Notes: a model not told the origin generated them from the letters alone. A stretch of 63,284 nucleotides of DNA, filler included, from Folioceros fuciformis (GCA_049999805.1; 4 parts of 2 records of this genome joined end to end with filler, not necessarily neighbours in it); one strand, 5' to 3'; shown: positions 1 to 11,566, counted from the first letter of the whole stretch. Numbers and translations are program-made.

Positions 1-75
1 TAGTTGTAGTTGTAGTTGTAGTTGTAGTTGTAGTTGTAGTTGTAGTTGTAGTTGTAGTTGTAGTTGTAGTTGTAG
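1..75. repeat. (TAGTTG)n microsatellite, truncated by window start
   Basis: About 12 perfect TAGTTG units. Confidence 0.97.
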
Positions 76-555
76 GTACTTACGGGGTTGATATCCTTGA
101 GTTTAGGGTAGTCCCCCTTTTTCTTGTGACTCTCTTGGAGCCTCTTCACCCTCTCCTTTAAGATAGATGGGATCTCCCATCTCTTTTGGAAAAACAAAGA
201 AGAATCAACTTGTTTTTTGAACTTAGCAACAACATTCTCTTTTATTATAAAGTACTTATGGCTATGTAGTACTTTTTGTACCATTGTACTTGATATGGTT
301 GTTGAGTACAATGCTTAGCTTAGCATTCCTATTCTTTTGTCGAAGCATTATTGCTGCTTAATATGGTTGTTGAGTACGATGCTTAGCATTTACATTCTTT
401 CATTATTGTTGCGCGGTTCTTATGTCTACTCATTGTAATTTTGTTTTGTTTTTTAGGGTTTTCACGACCAACTGTTGAAGATCCTTTTGAAGTGCAAAAG
501 CTTAGCTTTGTAACCCGCCCAAAGTATTGTCTTGTCGTAAAGACAAAGACTAAAA

Positions 556-1587
556 ATGGACGATTACATCATAAGACAAAGATTGGAAATGGACGAAAAT
601 ATTAGAAGACAAAGATTGAAAATGGACAAAATTATTGAAAGACAAAGACGTGAAATGGATATAATTATTCAAAGCCAAAGACGTGGAATGCAAGATATGA
701 TGGAAGCACAAAGACTTGATATGGCCCATCCTATGGGAGAATGGGAAAGGCACGTTATCTTTAGAGAACAAAGGCTCAAAATGGACAATATTATTAACGG
801 ACAAAGATTGGAAATGGACAATATCATCGAAAGTCAAAGATTGGAAATGTATTATTTTATGAAAAGGCAAATCCTAGAAATGGAAGATATTATCAACGCA
901 TCAAGACAAGAAATGAACATTACGATGGAAAGACAAAGACTTAAAATGCAAGATAAGATGGAAAGGCAAAGACTCGACATGATGGAAAGCCAAAGGCTCT
1001 ATATACCTGATAATGATATGACTCAAGTGGTAGATAATATTGATGCAAATGCAAATAGCAAGCTAGGTAATGACCCAATTAACTTAAATAAGGGAACCTA
1101 TTCAAATGAAGAGATGGGTTGCTGCCAATATGATTCAAATATGAAACATGATGTGAATGGAGAGATGCCATTGCATTCTGATCCACATGCTTTGCCGCAT
1201 GTGGCATTTGATCCAAATGAAAGAGCAAATAGATATCATGACCATGACGAGGGGGGTAATAGTAGATATCACGCCCATGACGAGATGGGTCATAGCACAT
1301 ATCATTCAAGTGGCGAGTATAATCTACTTCAAGTAGTACATAATGGCCACTATGGTTCAAATGCTTCATATGATCCACATGAAGAGGAAGAGGAACAAGA
1401 AGAGGAAGAAGATCAGGAAGAGGCTGCCACATACAATCAAAATGGAGAGGAACCTAAAAACCAAAAGCATTGGAATTATACGCACAAAGACCAATATGAT
1501 GCCCCACATAATCCAAATGGAGAGCCAGCTATTGACGAATCAATGCACCGTAATGACCAACACGATGAGATGGTTAATAACAACTAA
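556..1587 (+). CDS. Hypothetical 343-aa protein with 11-aa (33-bp) tandem repeat N-terminus and His/Asn/Glu-rich C-terminus; possibly a pseudogene or TE cargo
   Basis: Units such as MDDYIIRQRLE, MDENIRRQRLK, MDKIIERQRRE, MDNIIESQRLE. The frame reads on past TAA 1585-1587 (CSNNGHDPNPMRHNG) into the gap. Confidence 0.45.
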   Translation: MDDYIIRQRLEMDENIRRQRLKMDKIIERQRREMDIIIQSQRRGMQDMMEAQRLDMAHPMGEWERHVIFREQRLKMDNIINGQRLEMDNIIESQRLEMYYFMKRQILEMEDIINASRQEMNITMERQRLKMQDKMERQRLDMMESQRLYIPDNDMTQVVDNIDANANSKLGNDPINLNKGTYSNEEMGCCQYDSNMKHDVNGEMPLHSDPHALPHVAFDPNERANRYHDHDEGGNSRYHAHDEMGHSTYHSSGEYNLLQVVHNGHYGSNASYDPHEEEEEQEEEEDQEEAATYNQNGEEPKNQKHWNYTHKDQYDAPHNPNGEPAIDESMHRNDQHDEMVNNN

Positions 1588-1734
1588 TGCTCCAATAATG
1601 GCCATGATCCAAATCCAATGAGACATAATGGCCANNNNNNNNNNNNNNNNNNNNNNNNNNNNNNNNNNNNNNNNNNNNNNNNNNNNNNNNNNNNNNNNNN
1701 NNNNNNNNNNNNNNNNNNNNNNNNNNNNNNNNNN

Positions 1735-2012
1735 ACCAATATAACCAACATTATTCGAATTACGTGAATAGACACTAATATAACCAACATTATTTGAATT
1801 ACGTGGATAGACACCAATATAACCAACATTATTCAAATTACGTGGATAGACACCAATATAACCAACATTATTTGAATTACTTGGATAGACACCAATATAA
1901 CCAACATTATTCAAATTACGTGGAAAGACACCAATATAACCAACATTATTTGAATTACGTGGATAGGCACCAATGTAACCAACAATATTAAATATACGTG
2001 GATGGACACCAA
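1735..2012 (+). repeat. 39-bp minisatellite, about 7 copies, runs into an N gap
   Basis: Unit ACCAATATAACCAACATTATTYRAATTACGTGGATAGAC; translates as HQYNQHYSNYVDR. Confidence 0.95.
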
Positions 2013-2201
2013 TAGCACATCTCCTTTAGTCTAATGATTCCTGCTGCTCCTCCTCCGATCACTAGCTGTGAGCAACTTCATATCTTGTGCCAATTGGACT
2101 CCAGAGGTTGCAAGGCAATTAATTGTAGGCCCCTTGGACTCAGCGAGCTGTGGGGTGGCTATAGGCACGCGATTGTTTTAGTTTTTTAGTCGCATCATGT
2201 T

Positions 2202-2454
2202 TATAAATATAATAGAGTTAGGGTTAGGGTCGCATAATTATATAAATAGCTAGTGTTTATTTATTAAGTCCAAACGATGGATAGCTATAGACGCGTCCAA
2301 GGGCCGTGCCCTAAATATTAAACGCCACCCTGACGGGTCATCACAAACAGGTGCCCGCACGCCTTTTAAGGCCACACGGCCCTCAATCAAGCATTCTCTG
2401 TTTTTTTCTCTTCTTGCTTCCATCCCCTCTCGTTCGATCCTACAATCCGCTTCA
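2202..2454 (+). repeat. 5' LTR of copia element (253 bp)
   Basis: TATAAATATAATAGAG...CAATCCGCTTCA. Roughly 90% identical to the 3' LTR by manual count (about 23 substitutions, mostly transitions, and 2 indels). Confidence 0.95.
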
Positions 2455-2466
2455 TGGTATTAGAGC
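2455..2466 (+). promoter_or_regulatory. Primer-binding site, tRNA-iMet type
   Basis: TGGTATTAGAGC directly after the LTR, one C>T from canonical TGGTATCAGAGC. Confidence 0.9.
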
Positions 2467-2469
2467 AAG

Positions 2470-3576
2470 ATGGGCCCAGCCTCCCCTAGCGTTTGCGCGA
2501 TCTGCAGAAGCATAGACTGCATCAAAAACCTGCCTCACTTACATGTCTGGGCAGTGATCGCCGCACTCAAGAAATCGCTGAGCCGCTTTGGGGAGATGGC
2601 TGACTCCTTTCTTGCAAGCGCCGTTGAGCACTACTACAGCGAGTGCGCGTTGCTATGCCAAGATTCAGAGGAAGAGACAAACAGCAGTTCGTCGATCCAT
2701 TCGCGGGTGCGCCAGGAGACTCTGTCGAACTCCAACATCAAAGACTCACCCATTTCTTCAATTCACACTGCAAGAACCTGCACCATCATAGACGCACTGT
2801 CAATCTGTCCGTTCGTCACAAACCTGATGCACTGCATTCTTTACACACACAAATCCAGCAGGAAATTGCACAGGCACGTGAAATCTCTGCTTAGTCTGCA
2901 TGCAGGTTGGCAAGTAATCGCACCTTACTTTGTCAAGATTGCACAAATGATATGAATTCCTATCCCTCACCTGCAACACAAACTCCTGGTCGAGGTGTAT
3001 GAATTAGTAGTAATCTTGCGCAATCACATTGCAGAGTTAACCTCTAGATTCAGCAACACCAACCTCAAAATAGACACTCTAATCTCACAAGTATCTGCTC
3101 TATCCGTCCCTAAAACAATACAACCTGCTTGTGTGCACTGTGGGTCAAGTACCTTACAAGAATCAATCCCACCAGTGGTCAGGAACATGCTAAGTATGGA
3201 GAAAGTCTTCAAGAACGAACTGCAAAGGAAGGAAGCAATTGAACCCTCACAGGTTCACCCACAGTAAAAAGGGTACATGTCAGATGGAGGTCGTGGTGGT
3301 TGAGGCAGCAGACCACATAGAAACCCTCGAAGACCTGGTAGAGGTAGAGGAACTGAACGAAGTAGAAGAAGTGAAGACACAAATGATTCAAATTTAACCG
3401 AAGACTACTTCGACCCCCTCTCCCTTTCACACAATACTGGAGAGTCTAGCACGCGTCCAGCCTTGTCTGCAGCACAACTCACACAGGTTGCTCAGTTAGC
3501 ACAAGTAGATCAAGCCACAAGGGCTGCACTAGCTGCTAGGATAGTGCAAACATGGCAAATCCAGGCGGGGCTGTAA
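2470..3576 (+). pseudogene. Extra 5' reading frame of the copia element (about 365 codons, 3 internal stops)
   Basis: ORFs 2470-2955 and 2995-3267 share one frame that continues to TAA 3574-3576. Stops at 2953, 3265 and 3301 (RGG*GSR). Overlaps the gag ATG at 3552. Confidence 0.5.
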
Positions 3577-5527
3577 CAAATAACACAACAGTCCACAACC
3601 TGAAAATTGACTTTGAAGAAAAAGATTGGTTTTCAGGTTCTCACTTTGATATCTGGGCAATGAGAGTCAAAATAATGCGGGAGAATGGTCTTTGGGAGGT
3701 TGTAAGCGGGCAAGCTCCCAAACCTCCACAAACTGCTTGCCAAGTTGACTAGGATGCATGGGCTAAGCGTGACCTACAGGCACTAGTGGTTATTCAGTCT
3801 GCATTTGACATGTCAATGATGTTGCATACTCAAGATGCAGAATCCATGAAGGCAGTTTGGGACTCATTAACCCAGATATACCAAGTAACGAACGGCAGCT
3901 CCATTGTTCAGTCCACAAGAGCTTTCTACAATTGCCAAAAAAAAGAACATGAGACAGTGGAGCAGCACCTTGCTAAATTCAAGGCACTCACGGCGAGGCT
4001 TACTTCAAGTGGCACGAAAATTGATGAGCTGCAAGCATCGGTTGCCCTCCTTCTCTCTTTGCTAGAAAGCTACCGTACTTTTGTAAGCAATCATAGCTCG
4101 AACCTTCGAGCAACAACAACTGCAACAGCTGCAGGTCAGCCACCAGGAATCTCCTTGTCTGACATGATCGGAGCTCTTCTGGAAGAAAAGTCCACGCATA
4201 AGGCAAGCAGGGGTGGTTCCTCCCATCGAGGAGAGGCCTTAAATAGGGTGCTCTATGTTAAAAGAGGCCCTAGGAAGCCACCACCACGTCAGCCTTGGCC
4301 ATCAACCAACAACACTGCTTACAGAAGACGACCTGCAGCTCGTGGCTCAAAGAAAAAAGGCCCATGTAATTGGTGCATGATACCAGGCCACTTTGAAGCT
4401 GAGTGTAGAAAGAAAAAAATTGGGGAGCCCCGGAGGACTGCCTCACCTGCAGAGATGAACATCGCACAACGTAAGTCCAACACCTTGCTAGTTGTGTGTT
4501 TAGTGTCATCAAAATTAGACAGAGATGCATGGTTCCTAGATTCAGGAGCCTCCGCACACTGCTATCACACTAAGGAAGCCTTTAGTGAATACACAAAACT
4601 ACCACCTGGTCAGACTGTGCTTATGGGAGATGAGAGAGCATGCCCCATAGCTGGGATGGGAATAGTACTAGTGCTGCTGCAAGATAAAACTACCATACAG
4701 CTTCGGGACGTCCTTCATGTCCCATGTGTAGTGAAGAACTCAGTGGCTCTTCTCAAATTTTCCAAACACACACAGCTGAATACCTTCTTCAGTGGCGACA
4801 CCTGCATCATTACAGACCCTAAGTCAAACAACAAGGTCAAAGCTGTAGGAACACCTATTAATGACATCTATAAGCTAGACTTTGCCTCTAAGCTGTGTCA
4901 GCCACACGTCAATGTCAGTCAAGCTGCCCTCCAAAAACAAGATGCCATGCTTTGGCACTGCAGACTTGGTCATGTAAATTTTGACAAGCTAAAGGACATG
5001 GTGAATGCCAACAATCTGTACCGAGAAAAGTTTGTGCTGCGGTGTGCTGACAAACAGTTCTGTGAGGCCTGCATTTTCGGCAAACATCACAGGCAGCCTT
5101 CACAGATGCTAATCCTACAAGAGCTAACAAGATACTGGAGCTTGTGCACTCGGACATATGTGGTCCCATGTCCACAAACACCTTCGGCGGGGCTAAATAC
5201 ATTCTTACATTTATTGATGACTGGAGGAGGTATGTAGTCGTGTACCTTCTTAAGCTGAAGAGCCAGACTTTGGGCTGCTTCCAAGAGTATGTGAGCTTCG
5301 CCCAACGCCAGACTGGGGAGCTCATAAAAACCCTGCGCAGCGACAATGGAGGGGAGTACTATTCAGAGGCATTTATGGATTACTGCAAAGAGCTGGGGAT
5401 ATTAAGGCAACTTACCGTACCTTACACATCTTCACAGAATCCAATTGCTGAACTGACCAATCGACGCCTGCAGGAGATTGCACGCCTGCAGGAGATTGCA
5501 AAGTCCATGCTGAAATTGTCAGGCCTG
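3552..5527 (+). pseudogene. Copia gag-protease-integrase (5' part)
   Basis: CCHC knuckle CNWCMIPGHFEAEC; protease WFLDSGASAH; LWHCRLGH..CEAC..GKH; integrase VHSDICGPM and LRSDNGGEY. Stop at 3750, frameshift near 5100, in-frame 18-bp duplication RLQEIA x2 at 5465-5500. Confidence 0.95.
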
Positions 5528-5677
5528 TGTGGGCAAGCGGGCATGGTATCCCTACCAGGCACCCGCTCACATGTATCGTGGCCACATCAATCCCAAGATC
5601 GTTGTAGGTTTCCCCGGAATTGCTCCCCTCTGAGCCTGGTCAGCTACGTCTATCGCTCCCCTACACAACTCAACTCT

Positions 5678-5881
5678 CCCAACCACGTACCTACCAATTT
5701 GGCCACACGCCCCATCAATAGGTAGGCACCATTCCTTCACTTGGAAGGGCCCCAGTACCTCCCCTACCGATTTCTACCTTCCAATCACGTTCCTACCAAT
5801 CGTGCAACACGTCCCTTGAGTAGGTAGGCACCATTCCTTCACTTGGAAGGGCCCCAGTACCTCCCCTACCGATTTCTACCT
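5678..5881. repeat. 102-bp tandem duplication inside the nested element
   Basis: TAGGTAGGCACCATTCC...GATTTCTACCT identical at 5719-5779 and 5821-5881, with diverged 5' halves. Confidence 0.9.
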
Positions 5882-6147
5882 CCCTACACTCGATACCTTT
5901 TCCTCACAAGGCTCCCTACAACACCTTCCTCTACCCACAATGCCTTTGGCTCAAGTTCTTTGTTCTACTTATATAGGATGGCAGACGGCTTCCTACCTAC
6001 CACTAGCCGCGGCCAGCTTTAACTACGCACACCTACCAAGAGGCTAAGACCTACCAATAGTTGCTAAGGCAGTATGCGCCGATGAAGAGTAGGGCTGTCG
6101 GTGCCGCCATAGAAGATTCGTTGACCCCCTTTTTCAAAAAGGTATGG

Positions 6148-8622
6148 CTAGGATGGCTCTTGAAGGGAGGCAGAGTCTGAAGGTTGAGCCACTGGGCCCC
6201 CCTCCATTATTGGGATTCGTCTTCTTTTGGATCCACAAGCTTCCACCGTACCTTCCTCTGTGTGGATCTCTTGGGCTATCCCTTCACCACCACCTACAAG
6301 TTTGGTAGGGGAGGATTCCCCTTGTTCCTCAACTTGAGGCTCCTTCCCTACGTAGGGTGGGAGTGTTCCCTCCGTAGGTAGGGTACCTACCATTCCTACT
6401 CCTCCTCTCGTAGGTAGGTTCCCTACCCCTCCTCTCGTAGGTAGATTCCCTACGAGAGTAGGTACCTCTTGTTGCGTGCTCTTCCTTGCCCATAGCAGCT
6501 CCTCAGGTTTCCATTGCGAGCTCTCCAGGTCCATACTGTTGTCCTCTTGAAAGTTTGCAGGTAGAGGCATTGTCTCCAGGGCCTCACGATCGTCATCATG
6601 TGGCCCAAGATACCTTCGCCTTGCCAATGCTGCCAGTTCCTTGTGATGAGCGAATAGAAGTTGGTGTAGGTGGAGGTTGCGATTTTGTTGAGCTAGATCT
6701 ATGGTATCCATGTCAATAACCCAATCCCCACTCTCGCATCTACTCTTGTAGATATCCCGTTTAGCCTCCATCGCCCCTACCTTCAATTGTAGGTCAAGGT
6801 TTTCTTGATGAGTTGCATGAAGCTTGGTCATGCACCCCGCCAAGTAGGCATAGTCAGCATGAAACCTACGAGCTCGAACCACCAGCATCCTGTGAATCTT
6901 GGTCTGATGCTCAGCTTCTTGTTGTGCTTTCTCCTGCTGAAGGTCTTCTAATTGGATGGTCAATTGTTCCCTCTCCACTCGCTCTTGTTGCCCTGCTTCA
7001 AGTTGTTGCTGGAGTTCCTGGTTCGCTTTAGAATTCTGTGCCTTCAACTCATCTAGCTTGCCTTATAAATCCTTTGCAACGTAGACTTGTTCCCGTAGCT
7101 GTTCCTCCACCACCTTCCTAGTTTCCTCAGACTGGGCGAGGTCCCTTCGACATGCAATGATCTCATGTGATAAACCTTGTTGGGAAGTTTGCAACGTGGT
7201 CACCTGCTGGGTCAACTTCTCCAGTCCTTGCCTTTGCTCACCATCCTTGAGGAGACACTGTTCTCGCTCCTTTTCCAATTCCTGCACTTTGGATTCTAGT
7301 CGTGCCTGGTTTGCATCCCGACTTATGTCCTCCTGTAGTAGGGTTGCAATCATTGCACGGGCCTCTCCCCAGTTGATGTGTTGTAGCTGTTGGCTACACT
7401 GAATGATGTTGCTCCACACTCCCAACAAAGTATCGTTACCTTGGCTTGTGGCGTGTGCTCCTCAAGCTCCTTCCCAATTCACTGGGCTCCTTCTCCCCAA
7501 ATCTGGTGCTCCACTGTGTGCTTGCACTACTGGTGTCATCGCCAAATCCCCTACCTGGTACCCTACCTCAACTATTGGCTGGCTTGGTCCAGGATCCCTC
7601 ATTGTCTCCATCTCAGTTGGGGCGGAATTTAGGGCTGCGGGGGTGGTGACTGATGGTAGCCTTCGGTCCCTTTGCTGCTCCCTAGGTCTCCGTATCAACG
7701 GGGTGTCATCTTCATCAGAGTCATCATAGGCTGCCATGGCTGATTCGGAATCAAGTGGGGACTCCTCATCCGTAAGAGGGGTCGACACTCCACCGGAAAT
7801 AAAAGCCTCCCCCTGCAACGGGACAACTACAAAAGGTTGTTCCGCCTCCTCCAACTCCTCTTGTGTTAACAACCCTTCTGTCTTCCATAAGTGCACCAAG
7901 TAAGTCGAGAGGTAGCAAGGACTTGCACTCCCACCCTCCCTACCGTTCGGCTTGAGCAACTTCTCCCTGTGGTAGGTATACGCCTCATACATAATTAACC
8001 CCTAGTCTGGCTTGGCTCCTTAAGTCACTCTCCAAAGGAAGTGAAGGAAAGCATTGCTGAAATATGAGGTGCGTTGATAGTTCACCAATCCAAGAACCAC
8101 CTTAGTGAACAACCGCCATTTGAGCTCCTTGATCTTCTCAATCCTCCACCTGTTCTTGGTTCTTGCTAGCTCTCCTCCCAACAACAATTCTAGTGCCCCA
8201 TATGGTAGGGTGGTGCTGGGTGACCTCCGCCCATCTATGGTTTTATCCGGGATCCCAATACCATCGCTCTCCTCTTCCGACCTACCATACACCTGTCAAA
8301 TGCTCCGGACAGTCCAACACCGAGGGTCAGTCCTCGCGTTTCGTTCAGGTAGGGCTTCCAACTCCTCCTTCGATTGCTGTAGGTTGGTATAGCACTCCTT
8401 CACCAAGCCTTCATGAACATACGATCAGTGTCTGCCATATATCTAGTCAAGATGGATGTTTGCGTCACATGCTCAAGTCCGTAGGTCTATCAAATCCCTT
8501 GAGTTCAGTTAGCCCCCAAAGCAAGAAAAGGACGGAACATTGGTTTGGGGAGAGCTGGCTGCCCTCATGGGTCGTCCCCTACTACCGGAACCCACCTGAG
8601 TATTGTTGGAGGTCCGCGCCAT
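6148..8622 (-). pseudogene. About 825-codon decayed ORF of the nested element: globular N-terminal domain, acidic/Pro linker, long coiled coil
   Basis: Four listed ORFs (8020-8292, 7462-7992, 7063-7428, 6148-7047) share one frame, extendable to ATG 8622. Nine in-frame stops (8509, 8473, 8443, 8425, 8296, 8020, 8002, 7462, 7063), no frameshift. Confidence 0.85.
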
Positions 8623-9261
8623 AGTTGATAGAAGAAAACCCCAAGAATGTCGGTTGCCCTCCTTTACGCAAGGTTATACCCCTACCTCTGTAGGCAACTG
8701 CTCCCAGCTTCTGTGCAACTAATTTCATGTCCCTTCCACGTTTCTCCCTATGGCTCTCACCACAGCAAAGCCCTTTCTCTCTCTTTGAGTCCGCTTGGTC
8801 ACAACAAGTAGGTCCCCGGCGTAGGTGTCTTGTCCAACAACTACTTCCTTATTCCCCGCTATGTAGGTAGATGTAGTTCCCTATGTGGAGGTGAGCACCC
8901 TTCGTTGATGGGACACCTTAGGTAGGGACCCCTTTAAATACCCTCTTGTCGTAGGTATACTTCTATATGTAGTAACTGCCCTTAATAGATACCCTACATA
9001 GGTGTCCCCTTTTTTGTAGGTAACTTGCCCTTCACAACTATATTTCTTATTTGGGTACTACCTCCCACAGAGATATCCTCCCTACGTGAGCATACCTCCC
9101 TATAGGTAGCCATCCCAAAGAAGGTAACTTCTTTATAATACTACCCCTTATTATCGCCACTCATCTAACCTACCAAACCAAGACCAAACAAAACTGAAAA
9201 TGTTATTAGCCGCTCCCTACCTACTACGGGTATTTGCCAAAAACCCGCATTCCACAGCCTG

Positions 9262-11566
9262 TCACGTGGTTACTGGGGAGAGGCAGTCTCTACAGTAGTC
9301 TATGTGATCAACAGACTGCCCACAAGTGTGTTAAAGGGATCCACCCCATTTGAGAGATGGACATCACATAAACCAAGAATTAATGACCTTAGAATCTTCA
9401 GGTGCCCAGCATATGCACATCTCTCAGAAGATCAAAGGGTTAAACTAGACTATAAAGCCCGCAAGTTTGTCTTCATAGGGTATATTGAAGGTATAAAAGG
9501 CTACAAGTTGTTTGACCCAGACACTAGATTCATCACACATGCTCGTAGTGTCGTCTTCAATGAGCACATCCTTCTGCATCCCACTAACAAGTCAGTAGAA
9601 GAGACGTCCTCCAGTGAGACCTACAGTCAGCCATATGTAGAAGAACTTGGGTCACAGCCATACCTACCTGTAGCTTCTCATCCAGCTGTCCCTGTCACAC
9701 CACCTCCACCACCTGATGAGCTCAGCACTTTCCGAGGAGATGATCTGGATGGACAGCCAGCTGGGTCAGCAGAAACAGCTGAACAAATGCAAGAGGATCT
9801 GGACCGCGTTGACTCACCTGGTCCCTCCGATGTTTCACCACAAGAAGATGCTGCAGCTCCTTCATAAACCCTACGACGAGGGACAGACCTTGGCACAAGG
9901 AGGCGGAATGGCTGCAGCCACCACTCTCACCTGCCACCTTCATGGTTCAGGATGGGAACCACTTGACATGAGCGAGCCTCTTTCTTACCAAGAAGCAATC
10001 AGTCATCCAATAGAAGGCAAGTAGTGGATGGAAGGAATAAATTCAGAGTACAAGTCATTGGTTGACAACAAGACTTGGGTCCTTGAAGACCTACCTCCTG
10101 AAAGGAAAGCAATAATGTGCAAGTGGGTCTTCAAGAAAAAGTTGAACCCAGATGGATCAATAGCACGCTATAAAGCCAGATTGGTGGCGAAAGGCTACAG
10201 CCAAGTCGAAGGGCTGGACTACACGGAGACATTCTCCCCGGTAGTCCGAGCTACCTCCATCCGCACCTTGCTTGCTTTAGCTGCCCAGTATGACTACAAC
10301 CTGCAACACATGGACGTCAAGACAGCATTTCTTAATGGCAAGCTTGAGGAAACTATCTACATGAAACAGCCTGAGGGCTACATCGACACAAAACACCCCA
10401 ACAAGGTTTGCAGACTGGTAAAAACCATTTACGGTCTCAAAAAATCACCACGTGAGTGGTATAAACGCATAGACAACTATTTGAGAAGCTATGGCTTTGT
10501 TCAGAGTGAAGCCGGTAGCAATGTCTATATGCTACATGATAAAAGTGGGGTCGTTTACTTAGCTTTGTATGTGGACGATGCCATCATAGTCACTAGCAGC
10601 CCTTAGGTCATGGCTAGAGTAAAAGGTTTCCTGATTGCCAAGTTTGACATGTCCGATCTTGGACAGCTGACATTCTTCCTAGGCATACAGATTGTCCAGA
10701 ATCTGTCAAGACACAGCATTTTCCTGCACCAAGCTCAGTTTGTCAGGCAAGTGCTAGCAAGGTTTAGACTGGAAAATGCAAAACCTGCTGCAACTCCTAT
10801 GGCAGTGAGAGACAAGCTGTCCCTTGAGCAGTGTCCTAAAACAGAACAAGAAAGGCTGGAGATGGAGAAAATACCGTACAGGTCGGCAGTGGGAGTATGC
10901 ATATATTTCTGGAACTGGATGAGACCAGAGTTAGCACACTCTATCGGCATCACATCCTAGTTTCTCAGTAATTTTGGAATAGCTCACTGGCATGCTGTAC
11001 AACGTATTCTCCGCTATTTGGGAGGGACCCCAAACATGGGACTCATGTACACCAAGAGACCTGAAAGACTTTTGCTAACCTGTTTATGTGATGCCGACTG
11101 GGCATCAGACACGGCCAGCAGGAAATCCATTTTAGCACATTGTCTAATGCTAGGCAAGGATGAATATAATTCTACTATCATTGCCTGGCACAGCAAAAGA
11201 CAGCAGGTCGTGGCCCTCTCATCTACTGAAGCATAGTACAACTCCACAACAATAGATGCACAAGATATCCTCCATGCAAGACAGCTCCTTGCATCATTAG
11301 AGGAGTAGCAACCTGAACCCACACTTCTGCTTAGTGACAACCAGTTAGCGATTGCATTAGCACAAAATCCAGTAATGCATGCAAGGACAAAGCATATTGA
11401 AATTAAGCATCACTTTATTCGCCAAGTGGTAGCTGAGGGGCATGTAAATTTGCAGTATGTCCCCACTGAAGAGAATGTGGCTGATATTCTCACCAAGGCC
11501 CTGCCAAGAGAGAAGCATGACAAATTTGCTAGGGCAATGGGCCTCGTAATCAACCCAGATGCATAG
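9262..11566 (+). pseudogene. Copia integrase C-terminus, reverse transcriptase and RNase H
   Basis: YWGEAV..INRLP, KGYKLFDP, YKARLVAKGYSQ, HMDVKTAFLNG, LYVDD, DADWA, RTKHIEIKHHFIR, ADILTKALP. Several TAG stops and a frameshift near 9870-9950. Confidence 0.97.

Larger units (their letters stand above)
5528..9256 (-). mobile_element. Nested 3729-bp insertion; probable solo LTR of a gypsy-type element, or an LTR-less integrase-mobilised element, containing one long ORF
   Basis: TSD GCCTG at 5523-5527 and 9257-9261. Ends TGTGGGCAAGCGGG ... CCCGCATTCCACA form an imperfect inverted repeat. Removing the insert restores host integrase KLSGL/SRGYWGEAV. No terminal direct repeats, no gag/pol motifs. 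Confidence 0.9.

Noticed and set aside
550-870. Minus-strand repeat ORF
   Set aside because: Antisense shadow of the 33-bp coding repeat.
1735-2012. 39-bp repeat as a CRISPR array
   Set aside because: Units are contiguous with no unique spacers, no cas genes, eukaryotic context.
2218-2229. TTAGGGTTAGGG as telomeric sequence
   Set aside because: Only two units, inside both LTRs; at most a telo-box-like motif.
6148-11308. Stops repaired by U-to-C RNA editing as in hornwort/fern organelles
   Set aside because: These are nuclear TEs; Trp-derived stops and frameshifts cannot be fixed that way, and methyl-C decay is simpler.
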